DNA of 64,000 bases from Eledone cirrhosa (taxonomy: Eukaryota): positions 19,654,001 through 19,718,000 of the forward strand of contig OZ024744.1 of the NCBI GenBank assembly GCA_964016885.1, read 5' to 3'. This document shows, piece by piece, positions 1 through 13,800 of the stretch. The notes below the pieces were generated by a model. The model saw only the letters and a program-made list of their open reading frames with translations. It did no database searches and was not told where the DNA came from. Both the position numbers and the translations under genes were made by a program. The first letter of the stretch is position 1, and each line of letters opens with the position of its first letter.

Positions 1-1460
1 GAGAAATGGAAAAAGAAGAGTGTTGCCATACATGGGAGTCGAACCGACATATTTGGTTATCCAAACCACTGTGCTTCCATTACACCAATGCATATCCCAT
101 CTCCTTCCATTCGAATTAGAAGCTACGAAGTTAGCAAGTGAATGATAAACAAGCAAATTATAAACGTAAACATGTAAGTATGTTTTTGAAACGGTGCACG
201 AGTTTGAAAGTAGAAATTAGAAATTATAAGCTCTCACCGGATTTTAGACTAAAGAAATGTATAGCTTAATAGTGGGGTTTATAACCCTCGGCGAAATGGA
301 AAAAGAAGAGTGTTGCCATACATGGGAGTCGAACCGACATATTTGGTTATCCAAACCACTGTGCTTCCATTACACCAATGCATATCCCATCTCCTTCCAT
401 TCGAATTAGAAGCTATGAACTTAGCAAGTGAATGATAAACGAGCAAATTATAAACGTAAACATGTAAGTATGTTTTTGAAACGGTGTGCTCGTTTGAAAC
501 TAGAAATTAGAAATTATAAGTTTTCACCGTATTTTAGACTAAATAAATTTATAGCTTGATAGTGGGGTTTATAACCCTCGGAGAAATGGAAAAAGATGAG
601 TGTTGCCATACATGGGAGTCGAAGCCACATATTTGGTTATCCAGACCACTGTGCTACAATTACACCAATACACATCCCTTCTCCTTCCATTCGAATTAGA
701 AGCTATGAACTTAGCAAGTGAATGATAAACAAGCAAATTATAAACGTAAACATGTAAGCATGTTTTTGAAACGGTGCACGAGTTTGAAATTAGAAATTAG
801 AAATTATAAGCTCTCACCGGATTTTAGACTAAAGTAATGTATAGCTTTATAGTGGGGTTTATAACCCTAAGAGAAATGGAATAAGATGCGTGTTGCCATA
901 CCTGGGAGTCGAACCCACATCTTTGGTTATCCAGACCACTGTGCTACCATTACTACGAATACACATCCCATCTCCTTCCATTCGAATTAGAAGCTACGAA
1001 GTTAGCAAGTGAATGATAAACAAGCAAATTATAAACGTAAACATGTAAGTATGTTTTTGAAACGGTGCACGAGTTTGAAAGTAGAAATTAGAAATTATAA
1101 GCTCTCACCGGATTTTAGACTAAAGAAATGTATAGCTTAATAGTGGGGTTTATAACCCTCGGAGAAATGGAAAAAGAAGAGTGTTGCCATACATGGGAGT
1201 CGAACCGACATATTTGGTTATCCAAACCACTGTGCTTCCATTACACCAATGCATATCCCATCTCCTTCCATTCGAATTAGAAGCTATGAACTTAGCAAGT
1301 GAATGATAAACGAGCAAATTATAAACGTAAACATGTAAGTATGTTTTTGAAACGGTGTGCTCGTTTGAAACTAGAAATTAGAAATTATAAGGTTTCACCG
1401 TATTTTAGACTAAATAAATTTATAGCTTGATAGTGGGGATTATAACCCTCGGAGAAATGG

Positions 1461-1465
1461 AAAAA
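1461..1465 (-). terminator. Putative Pol III oligo-T terminator (representative)
   Basis: TTTTT lies about 10 nt downstream of the tRNA-like 3' end. The other common monomer families have T4 (CGTTTTC) or T6 (ATTTTTTG) at the same place. Confidence 0.6.
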
Positions 1466-1485
1466 GATGAGTGTTGCCATACATG

Positions 1486-1496
1486 GGAGTCGAACC
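1486..1496 (-). promoter_or_regulatory. Pol III box B (representative; intact in many but not all monomers)
   Basis: GGTTCGACTCC matches GGTTCGANTCC, at tRNA-like spacing from box A. Confidence 0.85.
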
Positions 1497-1527
1497 CACA
1501 TCTTTGGTTATCCAGACCACTGTCCTA

Positions 1528-1538
1528 CCATTAGACCA
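1528..1538 (-). promoter_or_regulatory. Pol III type-2 internal promoter box A (representative; repeated in each monomer)
   Basis: TGGTCTAATGG here and TGGTGTAATGG in most copies fit the consensus TRGYNNARNGG. Confidence 0.75.
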
Positions 1539-4500
1539 ATACACATCCCATCTCCTTCCATTCGAATTAGAAGCTATGAACTTAGCAAGTGAATGATAAA
1601 GAAGCAAATTATAAACGTAAACATGTAAGTATGTTTTTGAAACGGTGCGCTCGTTTAAAATTAGAAATTACAAATTATAAGCTTTCACCGTATTTTAGAA
1701 TAAAGAAATTTATAGCTTGATAGTGGGGTTTATAACCCTCGGAGAAATGGAAAAAGATGAGTGTTGCCACACATGGGAGTCGAACCCACATATTTTGTTA
1801 TCCAGACCACTGTGCTACCATTACACCAATACACATCCCATCTCCTTCCATTCGAATTAGAAGCTATGAACTTAGCAAGTGAATGATAAACAAGCAAATT
1901 ATAAACGTAAACATGTAAGTATCTTTTTGAAATGGTGCGAGAGTTTGAAATTAGAAATTAGAAATTATAAGCTTTCACCGGATTTTAGACTAAAGAAATG
2001 TATAGCTTGATAGTGGGGTTTATAACCCTCGGAGAAATGGCAAAAAATGAGTGTTGCCATACATGGGAGTCGAAGCCACATATTTGGTTATCCAGACCAC
2101 TGTGCTACAATTACACCAATACACATCCCTTCTCCTTCCATTCGAATTAGAAGCTATGAACTTAGCAAGTGAATGATAAACAAGCAAATTATAAACGTAA
2201 ACATGTAAGCATGTTTTTGAAACGGTGCACGAGTTTGAAATTAGAAATTAGAAATGATAAGCTCTCACCGGATTTTAGACTAAAGTAATGTATAGCTTGA
2301 TAGTGGGGTTTATAACCCTAGGAGAAATGGAAAAAGATGCGTGTTGCCATACCTGGGAGTCGAAACCACATCTTTGGTTATCCAGACCACTGTGCTACCA
2401 TTAATACGAATACACATCCCATCTCCTTCCATTCGAATTAGAAGCTACGAAGTTAGCAAGTGAATGATAAACAAGCAAATTATAAACGTAAACATGTAAG
2501 TATGTTTTTGAAACGGTGCACGAGTTTGAAAGTAGAAATTAGAAATTATAAGCTCTCACCGGATTTTAGACTAAAGTAATGTATAGCTTGATAGTGGGGT
2601 TTATAACCCTAGGAGAAATGGATAAAGATGCGTGTTGCCATACCTGGGAGTCGAACCCACATCTTTGGTTATCCAGACCACTGTGCTACCATTACTACGA
2701 ATACACATCCCATCTCCTTCCATTCGAATTAGAAGCTACGAAGTTAGCAAGTGAATGATAAACAAGCAAATTATAAACATAAACATGTAAGTATGTTTTT
2801 GAAACGGTGCACGAGTTTGAAAGTAGAAATTAGAAATTATAAGCTCTCACCGGATTTTAGACTAAAGAAATGTATAGCTTAATAGTGGGGTTTATAACCC
2901 TCGGAGAAATGGAAAAAGAAGAGTGTTGCCATACATGGGAGTCGAACCGACATATTTGGTTATCCAAACCACTGTGCTTCCATTACACCAATGCATATCC
3001 CATCTCCTTCCATTCGAATTAGAAGCTATGAACTTAGCAAGTGAATGATAAACGAGCAAATTATAAACGTAAACATGTAAGTATGTTTTTGAAACGGTGT
3101 GCTCGTTTGAAACTAGAAATTAGAAATTATAAGGTTTCACCGTATTTTAGACTAAATAAATTTATAGCTTGATAGTGGGGTTTATAACCCTAGGAGAAAT
3201 GGAAAAAGATGAGTGTTGCCACACATGGGAGTCGAACCCACATATTTTGTTATCCAGACCACTGTGCTACCATTACACCAATACACATCCCATCTCCTTC
3301 CATTCGAATTAGAAGCTATGAACTTAGCAAGTGAATGATAAACAAGCAAATTATAAACGTAAACATGTAAGTATGTTTTTGAAACGGTGCGCGAGTTTGA
3401 AATTAGAAATAATAAGCTTTCACCGTATTTTACACTAAAGAAATTTATAGCTTGATAGTGGGGTTTATAAGCCTCGGAGAAATGGCAAAAAATGAGTGTT
3501 GCCATACATGGGAGTCGAAGCCACATATTTGGTTATCCAGACCACTGTACTACAATTACGCCAATACACATCCCTTCTCCTTCCATTCGAATTAGAAGCT
3601 ATGAACTTAGCAAGTGAATGATAAACAAGCAAATTATAAACGTAAACATGTAAGTATTTTTTTGAAACGGTGCGCGAGTTTGAAATTAGAAATTAAAAAT
3701 TATAAGCTTTCACCGTATTTTAGACTAAAGAAATTTATAGCTTGATAGTGGGGTTTATAACCCTCGGAGAAATGGCAAAAAATGAGTGTTGCCATACATG
3801 GGAGTCGAAGCCACATATTTGGTTATCCAGACCACTGTGCTACAATTACACCAATACACATCCCTTCTCCTTCCATTCGAATTAGAAGCTATGAACTTAG
3901 CAAGTGAATGATAAACAAGCAAATTATAAACGTAAACATGTAAGCATGTTTTTGAAACGGTGCACGAGTTTGAAATAAGAAATTAGAAATTATAAGCTCT
4001 CACCGGATTTTAGACTAAAGTAATGTATAGCTTGATAGTGGGGTTTATAACCCTAGCAGAAATGGAAAAAGATGCGTGTTGCCATACCTGGGAGTCGAAC
4101 CCACATCTTTGGTTATCCAGACCACTGTGCTACCATTACTACGAATACACATCCCATCTCCTTCCATTCGAATTAGAAGCTACGAAGTTAGCAAGTGAAT
4201 GATAAACAAGCAAATTATAAACGTAAACATGTAAGTATGTTTTTGAAACGGTGTGCTCGTTTGAAACTAGAAATTAGAAATTATAAGGTTTCACCGTATT
4301 TTAGACTAAATAAATTTATAGCTTGATAGTGGGGATTATAACCCTCGGAGAAATGGAAAAAGATGAGTGTTGCCATACATGGGAGTCGAACCCACATCTT
4401 TGGTTATCCAGACCACTGTCCTACCATTAGACCAATACACATCCCATCTCCTTCCATTCGAATTAGAAGCTATGAACTTAGCAAGTGAAAGATAAAGAAG

Positions 4501-7500
4501 CAAATTATAAACGTAAACATGTAAGTATGTTTTTGAAACGGTGCGCTCGTTTAAAATTAGAAATTAGAAATTATAAGCTTTCACCGGATTTTAGACTAAA
4601 GAAATGTATAGCTTGATAGTGGGGTTTATAACCCTAGGAGAAATGGAAAAAGATGAGTGTTGCCACACATGGGAGTCGAACCCACATATTTTGTTATCCA
4701 GACCACTGTGCTACCATTACACCAATACACATCCCATTTCCTTCCATTCGAATTAGAAGCTATGAACTTAGCAAGTGAATGATAAACAAGCAAATTATAA
4801 ACGTAAACATGTAAGTATTTTTTTGAAACGGTGCGCGAGTTTGAAATTAGAAATTAAAAATTATAAGCTTTCACCGTATTTTAGACTAAAGAAATTTATA
4901 GCTTGATAGTGGGGTTTATAACCCTCGGAGAAATGGCAAAAAATGAGTGTTGCCATACATGGGAGTCGAAGCCACATATTTGGTTATCCAGACCACTGTG
5001 CTACAATTACACCAATACACATCCCTTCTCCTTCCATTCGAATTAGAAGCTATGAACTTAGCAAGTGAATGATAAACAAGCAAATTATAAACGTAAACAT
5101 GTAAGCATGTTTTTGAAACGGTGCACGAGTTTGAAATTAGAAATTAGAAATTATAAGCTCTCACCGGATTTTAGACTAAAGTAATGTATAGCTTGATAGT
5201 GGGGTTTATAACCCTAGGAGAAATGGAAAAAGATGCGTGTTGCCATACCTGGGAGTCGAAACCACATCTTTGGTTATCCAGACCACTGTGCTACCATTAA
5301 TACGAATACACATCCCATCTCCTTCCATTCGAATTAGAAGCTACGAAGTTAGCAAGTGAATGATAAACAAGCAAATTATAAACGTAAACATGTAAGTATG
5401 TTTTTGAAACGGTGCACGAGTTTGAAAGTAGAAATTAGAAATTATAAGCTCTCACCGGATTTTAGACTAAAGTAATGTATAGCTTGATAGTGGGGTTTAT
5501 AACCCTAGGAGAAATGGAAAAAGATGCGTGTTGCCATACCTGGGAGTCGAACCCACATCTTTGGTTATCCAGACCACTGTGCTACCATTACTACGAATAC
5601 ACATCCCATCTCCTTCCATTCGAATTAGAAGCTACGAAGTTAGCAAGTGAATGATAAACAAGCAAATTATAAACGTAAACATGTAAGTATGTTTTTGAAA
5701 CGGTGCACGAGTTTGAAAGTAGAAATTAGAAATTATAAGCTCTCACCGGATTTTAGACTAAAGAAATGTATAGCTTAATAGTGGGGTTTATAACCCTCGG
5801 AGAAATGGAAAAAGAAGAGTGTTGCCATACATGGGAGTCGAACCGACATATTTGGTTATCCAAACCACTGTGCTTCCATTACACCAATGCATATCCCATC
5901 TCCTTCCATTCGAATTAGAAGCTATGAACTTAGCAAGTGAATGATAAACGAGCAAATTATAAACGTAAACATGTAAGTATGTTTTTGAAACGGTGTGCTG
6001 GCTTGAAACTAGAAATTAGAAATTATAAGGTTTCACCGTATTTTAGACTAAATAAATTTATAGCTTGATAGTGGGGTTTATAACCCTAGGAGAAATGGAA
6101 AAAGATGAGTGTTGCCACACATGGGAGTCGAACCCACATATTTTGTTATCCAGACCACTGTGCTACCATTACACCAATACACATCCCATCTCCTTCCATT
6201 CGAATTAGAAGCTATGAACTTAGCAAGTGAATGATAAACAAGCAAATTATAAACGTAAACATGTAAGTATGTTTTTGAAACGGTGCGCGAGTTTGAAATT
6301 ATAAATTAAAAATTATAAGCTTTCACCGTATTTTAGACGAAAGAAATTTATAGATTGATAGTGGGGTTTATAACCCTCGGAGAAATGGCAAAAAATGAGT
6401 GTTGCCATACATGGGAGTCGAATCCACATATTTGGTTATCCAGACCACTGTGCTACAATTACACCAATACACATCCCTTCTCCTTCCATTCGAATTAGAA
6501 GCTATGAACTTAGCAAGTGAATGATAAACAAGCAAATTATAAACGTAAACATGTAAGCATGTTTTTGAAACGGTGCACGAGTTTGAAATTAGAAATTAGA
6601 AATTATAAGCTCTCACCGGATTTTAGACTAAAGTAATGTATAGCTTGATAGTGGGGTTTATAACCCTAGGAGAAATAGAAAAAGATGCGTGTTGCCATAC
6701 CTGGGAGTCGAACCCACATCTTTGGTTATCCAGACCACTGTGCTACCATTACTACGAATACACATCCCATCTCCTTCCATTCGAATTAGAAGCTCCGAAG
6801 TTAGCAAGTGAATGATAAACAAGCAAATTATAAACGTAAACATGTAAGTATGTTTTTGAAACGGTGCACGAGTTTGAAAGTAGAAATTAGAAATTATAAG
6901 CTCTCACCGGATTTTAGACTAAAGAAATGTATAGCTTAATAGTGGGGTTTATAACCCTCGGAGAAAGCGAAAAAGAAGAGTGTTGCCATACATGGGAGTC
7001 GAACCGACATATTTGGTTATCCAAACCACTGTGCTTCCATTACACCAATGCATATCCCATCTCCTTCCATTCGAATTAGAAGCTATGAACTTAGCAAGTG
7101 AATGATAAACGAGCAAATTATAAACGTAAACATGTAAGTATGTTTTTGAAACGGTGTGCTCGTTTGAAACTAGAAATTAGAAATTATAAGGTTTCACCGT
7201 ATTTTAGACTAAATAAATTTATAGCTTGATAGTGGGGATTATAACCCTCGGAGAAATGGAAAAAGATGAGTGTTGCCATACATGGGAGTCGAACCCACAT
7301 CTTTGGTTATCCAGACCACTGTCCTACCATTAGACCAATACACATCCCATCTCCTTCCATTCGAATTAGAAGCTATGAACTTAGCAAGTGAATGATAAAC
7401 AAGCAAATTATAAACGTAAACATGTAAGTATGTTTTTGAAACGGTGCGCTCGTTTAAAATTAGAAATTACAAATTATAAGCTTTCACCGTATTTTAGAAT

Positions 7501-10500
7501 AAAGAAATTTATAGCTTGATAGTGGGGTTTATAACCCTCGGAGAAATGGAAAAAGATGAGTGTTGCCACACATGGGAGTCGAACCCACATATTTTGTTAT
7601 CCAGACCACTGTGCTACCATTACACCAATACACATCCCATCTCCTTCCATTCGAATTAGAAGCTATGAACTTAGCAAGTGAATGATAAACAAGCAAATTA
7701 TAAACGTAAACATGTAAGTATCTTTTTGAAATGGTGCGAGAGTTTGAAATTAGAAATTAGAAATTATAAGCTTTCACCGGATTTTAGACTAAAGAAATGT
7801 ATAGCTTGATAGTGGGGTTTATAACCCTCGGAGAAATGGCAAAAAATGAGTGTTGCCATACATGGGAGTCGAAGCCACATATTTGGTTATCCAGACCACT
7901 GTGCTACAATTACACCAATACACATCCCTTCTCCTTCCATTCGAATTAGAAGCTATGAACTTAGCAAGTGAATGATAAACAAGCAAATTATAAACGTAAA
8001 CATGTAAGCATGTTTTTGAAACGGTGCACGAGTTTGAAATTAGAAATTAGAAATGATAAGCTCTCACCGGATTTTAGACTAAAGTAATGTATAGCTTGAT
8101 AGTGGGGTTTATAACCCTAGGAGAAATGGAAAAAGATGCGTGTTGCCATACCTGGGAGTCGAAACCACATCTTTGGTTATCCAGACCACTGTGCTACCAT
8201 TAATACGAATACACATCCCATCTCTTTCCATTCGAATTAGAAGCTACGAAGTTAGCAAGTGAATGATAAACAAGCAAATTATAAACGTAAACATGTAAGT
8301 ATGTTTTTGAAACGGTGCACGAGTTTGAAAGTAGAAATTAGAAATTATAAGCTCTCACCGGATTTTAGACTAAAGTAATGTATAGCTTGATAGTGGTGTT
8401 TATAACCCTCGGAGAAATGGAAAAAGAAGAGTGTTGCCATACATGGGAGTTGAACCGACATATTTGGTTATCCAAACCACTGTGCTTCCATTACACCAAT
8501 GCATATCCCATCTCCTTCCATTCGAATTAGAAGCTATGAACTTAGCAAGTGAATGATAAACGAGCAAATTATAAACGTAAACATGTAACTATGTTTTTGA
8601 AACGGTGTGCTCGTTTGAAACTAGAAATTAGAAATTATAAGGTTTCACCGTATTTTAGACTAAATAAATTTATAGCTTGATAGTGGGGTTTATAACCCTA
8701 GGAGAAATGGAAAAAGATGAGTGTTGCCACACATGGGAGTCGAACCCACATATTTTGTTATCCAGACCACTGTGCTACCATTACACCAATACACATCCCA
8801 TCTCCTTCCATTCGAATTAGAAGCTATGAACTTAGCAAGTGAATGATAAACAAGCAAATTATAAACGTAAACATGTAAGTATGTTTTTGAAACGGTGCGC
8901 GAGTTTGAAATTAGAAATAATAAGCTTTCACCGTATTTTACACTAAAGAAATTTATAGCTTGATAGTGGGGTTTATAAGCCTCGGAGAAATGGCAAAAAA
9001 TGAGTGTTGCCATACATGGGAGTCGAAGCCACATATTTGGTTATCCAGACCACTGTGCTACAATTACACCAATACACATCCCTTCTCCTTCCATTCGAAT
9101 TAGAAGCTATGAACTTAGCAAGTGAATGATAAACAAGCAAATTATAAACGTAAACATGTAAGCATGTTTTTGAAACGGTGCACGAGTTTGAAATAAGAAA
9201 TTAGAAATTATAAGCTCTCACCGGATTTTAGACTAAAGTAATGTATAGCTTGATAGTGGGGTTTATAACCCTAGGAGAAATGGAAAAAGATGCGTGTTGC
9301 CATACCTGGGAGTCGAACCCACATCTTTGGTTATCCAGACCACTGTGCTACCATTACTACGAATACACATCCCATCTCCTTCCATTCGAATTAGAAGCTA
9401 CGAAGTTAGCAAGTGAATGATAAACAAGCAAATTATAAACGTAAACATGTAAGTATGTTTTTGAAACGGTGCACGAGTTTGAAAGTAGAAATTAGAAATT
9501 ATAAGCTCTCACCGGATTTTAGACTAAAGAAATGTATAGCTTAATAGTGGGGTTTATAACCCTCGGAGAAATGGAAAAAGAAGAGTGTTGCCATACATGG
9601 GAGTCGAACCGACATATTTGGTTATCCAAACCACTGTGCTTCCATTACACCAATGCATATCCCATCTCCTTCCATTCGAATTAGAAGCTATGAACTTAGC
9701 AAGTGAATGATAAACGAGCAAATTATAAACGTAAACATGTAAGTATGTTTTTGAAACGGTGTGCTCGTTTGAAACTAGAAATTAGAAATTATAAGGTTTC
9801 ACCGTATTTTAGACTAAATAAATTTATAGCTTGATAGTGGGGATTATAACCCTCGGAGAAATGGAAAAAGATGAGTGTTGCCATACATGGGAGTCGAACC
9901 CACATCTTTGGTTATCCAGACCACTGTCCTACCATTAGACCAATACACATCCCATCTCCTTCCATTCGAATTAGAAGCTATGAACTTAGCAAGTGAATGA
10001 TAAAGAAGCAAATTATAAACGTAAACATGTATGTATTTTTTTGAAACGGTGCGCGAGTTTGAAATTAGAAATAATAAGCTTTCACCGTATTTTACACTAA
10101 AGAAATTTATAGCTTGATAGTGGGGTTTATAACCCTCGGAAAAATGGCAAAAAATGAGTGTTGCCATACATGGGAGTCGAAGCCACATATTTGGTTATCG
10201 AGACCACTGTGCTACAATTACACCAATACACATCCCTTCTCCTTCCATTCGAATTAGAAGCTATGAACTTAGCAAGTGAATGATAAACAAGCAAATTATA
10301 AACGTAAACATGTAAGTATGTTTTTGAAACGGTGCGCGAGTTTGAAAGTAGAAATTAGAAATTATAAGGTTTCACCTTATTTTAGAATAAAGAAATTTAT
10401 AGCTTGATAGTGGGGTTTATAACCCTCGGAGAAATGGAAAAAGATGAGTGTTGCCATACATGGGAGTCGAACCCACATCTTTGGTTATCCAGACCACTGT

Positions 10501-10899
10501 CCTACCATTAGACCAATACACATCCCATCTCCTTCCATTCGAATTAGAAGCTATGAACTTAGCAAGTGAATGATAAACAAGCAAATTATAAACGTAAACA
10601 TGTAAGTATGTTTTTGAAACGGTGCGCGTGTTTGAAATTAGAAGTCAGAAATGATAAGCTTTCAATGAATTTTAGACTAAAGAAATGTATAGCTTGATAG
10701 TGGGGTTTATAACACTAGGAGAAATGGAAAAAGATGAGTGTTGCCATACCTGGGAGTCGAACCCACATCTTTGGTTATCCAGACCACTGTGCTACCATTA
10801 CACGAATACACATCCCATCTCCTTCCATTCGAATTAGAAGCTATGAACTTAGCAAGTGAATGATAAACAAGCAAATTATAAACGTAAACATGTAAGTAT

Positions 10900-13800
10900 G
10901 TTTTTGAAACGGTGCGCGAGTTTGAAATTAGAAATTAGAAATTATAAGCTTTCACCGGATTTTAGAATAAAAAAATTTATAGCTTGATAGTGGGGTTCAT
11001 AACCCTCGGAGAAATGGAAAAAGATGAGTGTTGCCACACATGGGCGTCGAACCCACATAATTTGTTATCCAGACCACTGTGCTACCATTACACCAATACA
11101 CATCCCATCTCCTTCCATTCGAATTAGAAGCTATGAACTTAGCAAGTGAATGATAAACAAGCAAATTATAAATGTAAACGTGTAAGTATGTTTTTGAAAC
11201 GGTGCGCTCTTTTGAAATCAGAAATTAGAAATTATAAGCTTTCACCGTATTTTAGAATAAAGAAATTTATAGCTTGATAGTGGGGTATATAACCCTCGGA
11301 GAAATGGAAAACGATGAGTGTTGCCATACATGGGAGTCGAACACACACCTTGGTTATCCAGACCACTGTATTACCATTACGCGAATACACATCCCATTTA
11401 CTTCCATTCGAATATAGAAGCTATAAAGTTAGCAAGTGAATGATAAACAAGCAAATTATAAACGTAAACATGTAAGTATGTTTTTGAAACGGTGCGCGAG
11501 TTTGAAATTAGAAATTAAAAATTATAAGCTTTCACCGTATTTTAGACTAAAGAAATTTATAGCTTGATAGTGGGGTTTATAACCCTAGGAGAAATGGAAA
11601 AAGATGCGTGTTGCCATACCTGGGAGTCGAACCCACATCTTTGGTTATCCAGACCACTGTGCTACCATTACACGAATACACATCCCATCTCCTTCCATTC
11701 GAATTAGAAGCTACGAAGTTAGCAAGTGAATGATAAACAAGCAAATTATAAACGTAAACATGTAAGTATGTTTTTGAAACGGTGCACGAGTTTGAAAGTA
11801 GAAATTAGAAATTATAAGCTCTCACCGGATTTTAGACTAAAGAAATGTATAGCTTAATAGTGGGGTTTATAACCCTCGGAGAAATGGAAAAAGAAGAGTG
11901 TCGCCATACATGGGAGTCGAACCGACATATTTGGTTATCCAAACCACTGTGCTTCAATTACACCAATGCATATCCCATCTCCTTCCATTCGAATTAGAAG
12001 CTATGAACTTAGCAAGTGAATGATAAACGAGCAAATTATAAACGTAAACATGTAAGTATGTTTTTGAAACGGTGTGCTCGTTTGAAACTAGAAATTAGAA
12101 ATTATAAGGTTTCACCGTATTTTAGACTAAATAAATTTATAGCTTGATAGTGGGGATTATAACCCTCGGAGAAATGGAAAAAGATGAGTGTTGCCATACA
12201 TGGGAGTCGAACCCACATCTTTGGTTATCCAGACCACTGTCCTACCATTAGACCAATACACATCCCATCTCCTTCCATTCGAATTAGAAGCTATGAACTT
12301 AGCAAGTGAATGATAAAGAAGCAAATTATAAACGTAAACATGTAAGTATGTTTTTGAAACGGTGCGCTCGTTTAAAATTAGAAATTAGAAATTATAAGCT
12401 TTCACCGTATTTTAGAATAAAGAAATTTATAGCTTGATAGTGGGGTTTATAACCCTAGGAGAAATGGAAAAAGATGAGTGTTGCCACACATGGGAGTCGA
12501 ACCCACATATTTTGTTATCCAGACCACTGTGCTACCATTACACCAATACACATCCCATCTCCTTCCATTCGAATTAGAAGCTATGAACTTAGCAAGTGAA
12601 TGATAAACAAGCAATTTATAAACGTAAACATGTAAGTATTTTTTTGAAACGGTGCGCGAGTTTGAAATTAGAATTTATAAGTTTTCACCGTATTTTACAC
12701 TAAAGAAATTTCTAGCCTGATAGTGGGGTTTATATCCCTCGGAGAAATGGAAAACGATGAGTGTTGCCATACATGGGAGTCGAAACCACACGTTTGGTTA
12801 TCCAGACCACTGTTCTACCATTACATCAATACACATCCCATTCCCTTCCATTCGAAATAGAAGCTATGAACTTAGCAAGTGAATGATAAACAAGCAAATT
12901 ATAAACGTAAACATGTAAGTATGTTTTTGAACCGGTGCGCGAGTTTGAAATTAGAAATTAGAAATTATAAGCTTTCACCGTATTTTAGAATAAAGAAATT
13001 TATAGCTTGATAGTGGGGTATATAACCCTCGGAGAAATGGAAAACGATGAGTGTTGCCATACATGGGAGTCGAACACACACCTTGGTTATCCAGACCACT
13101 GTATTACCATTACGCGAATACACATCCCATTTACTTCCATTCGAATATAGAAGCTATAAAGTTAGCAAGTGAATGATAAACAAGCAAATTATAAACGTAA
13201 ACATGTAAGTATTTTTTTGAAACGGTGCGCGAGTTTGAAATTAGAAATTAAAAATTATAAGCTTTCACCGTATTTTAGACTAAAGAAATTTATAGCTTGA
13301 TAGTGGGGTTTATAACCCTAGGAGAAATGGAAAAAGATGCGTGTTGCCATACCTGGGAGTCGAACCCACATCTTTGGTTATCCAGACCACTGTGCTACCA
13401 TTACACGAATACACATCCCATCTCCTTCCATTCGAATTAGAAGCTACGAAGTTAGCAAGTGAATGATAAACAAGCAAATTATAAACGTAAACATGTAAGT
13501 ATGTTTTTGAAACGGTGCACGAGTTTGAAAGTAGAAATTAGAAATTATAAGCTCTCACCGGATTTTAGACTAAAGAAATGTATAGCTTAATAGTGGGGTT
13601 TATAACCCTCGGAGAAATGGAAAAAGAAGAGTGTTGCCATACATGGGAGTCGAACCGACATATTTGGTTATCCAAACCACTGTGCTTCCATTACACCAAT
13701 GCATATCCCATCTCCTTCCATTCGAATTAGAAGCTATGAACTTAGCAAGTGAATGATAAACGAGCAAATTATAAACGTAAACATGTAAGTATGTTTTTGA

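Larger units (their letters stand above)
1475..1545 (-). pseudogene. Representative tRNA-like copy (D-stem variant GTCT/GGAC), nominal anticodon GGA, defective acceptor stem
   Basis: 71-nt cloverleaf register. D stem GTCT/GGAC, anticodon stem TGGT/ACCA around the 7-nt loop CTGGATA, 4-nt variable region, T stem GTGGG/CCCAT. The acceptor TGTGTAT/GTATGGC has 2 terminal mismatches and 3 G.U pairs. Confidence 0.75.

Noticed and set aside
1-290. Monomer as a dimer of ~145-bp nucleosome-sized halves
   Set aside because: The two halves show no visible similarity, and the length match alone is not evidence.
862-871. Telomere-like TAACCCT(AA) in each monomer, and AAACCCTAAA at ~63280
   Set aside because: Each is a single, non-tandem occurrence and is insufficient to claim a telomeric origin.
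1475-1545. Functional tRNA-Ser(GGA) gene cluster
   Set aside because: The acceptor stem is mismatched at pairs 1-72 and 2-71, position 37 is a pyrimidine, there is no long variable arm, and many copies have broken stems.
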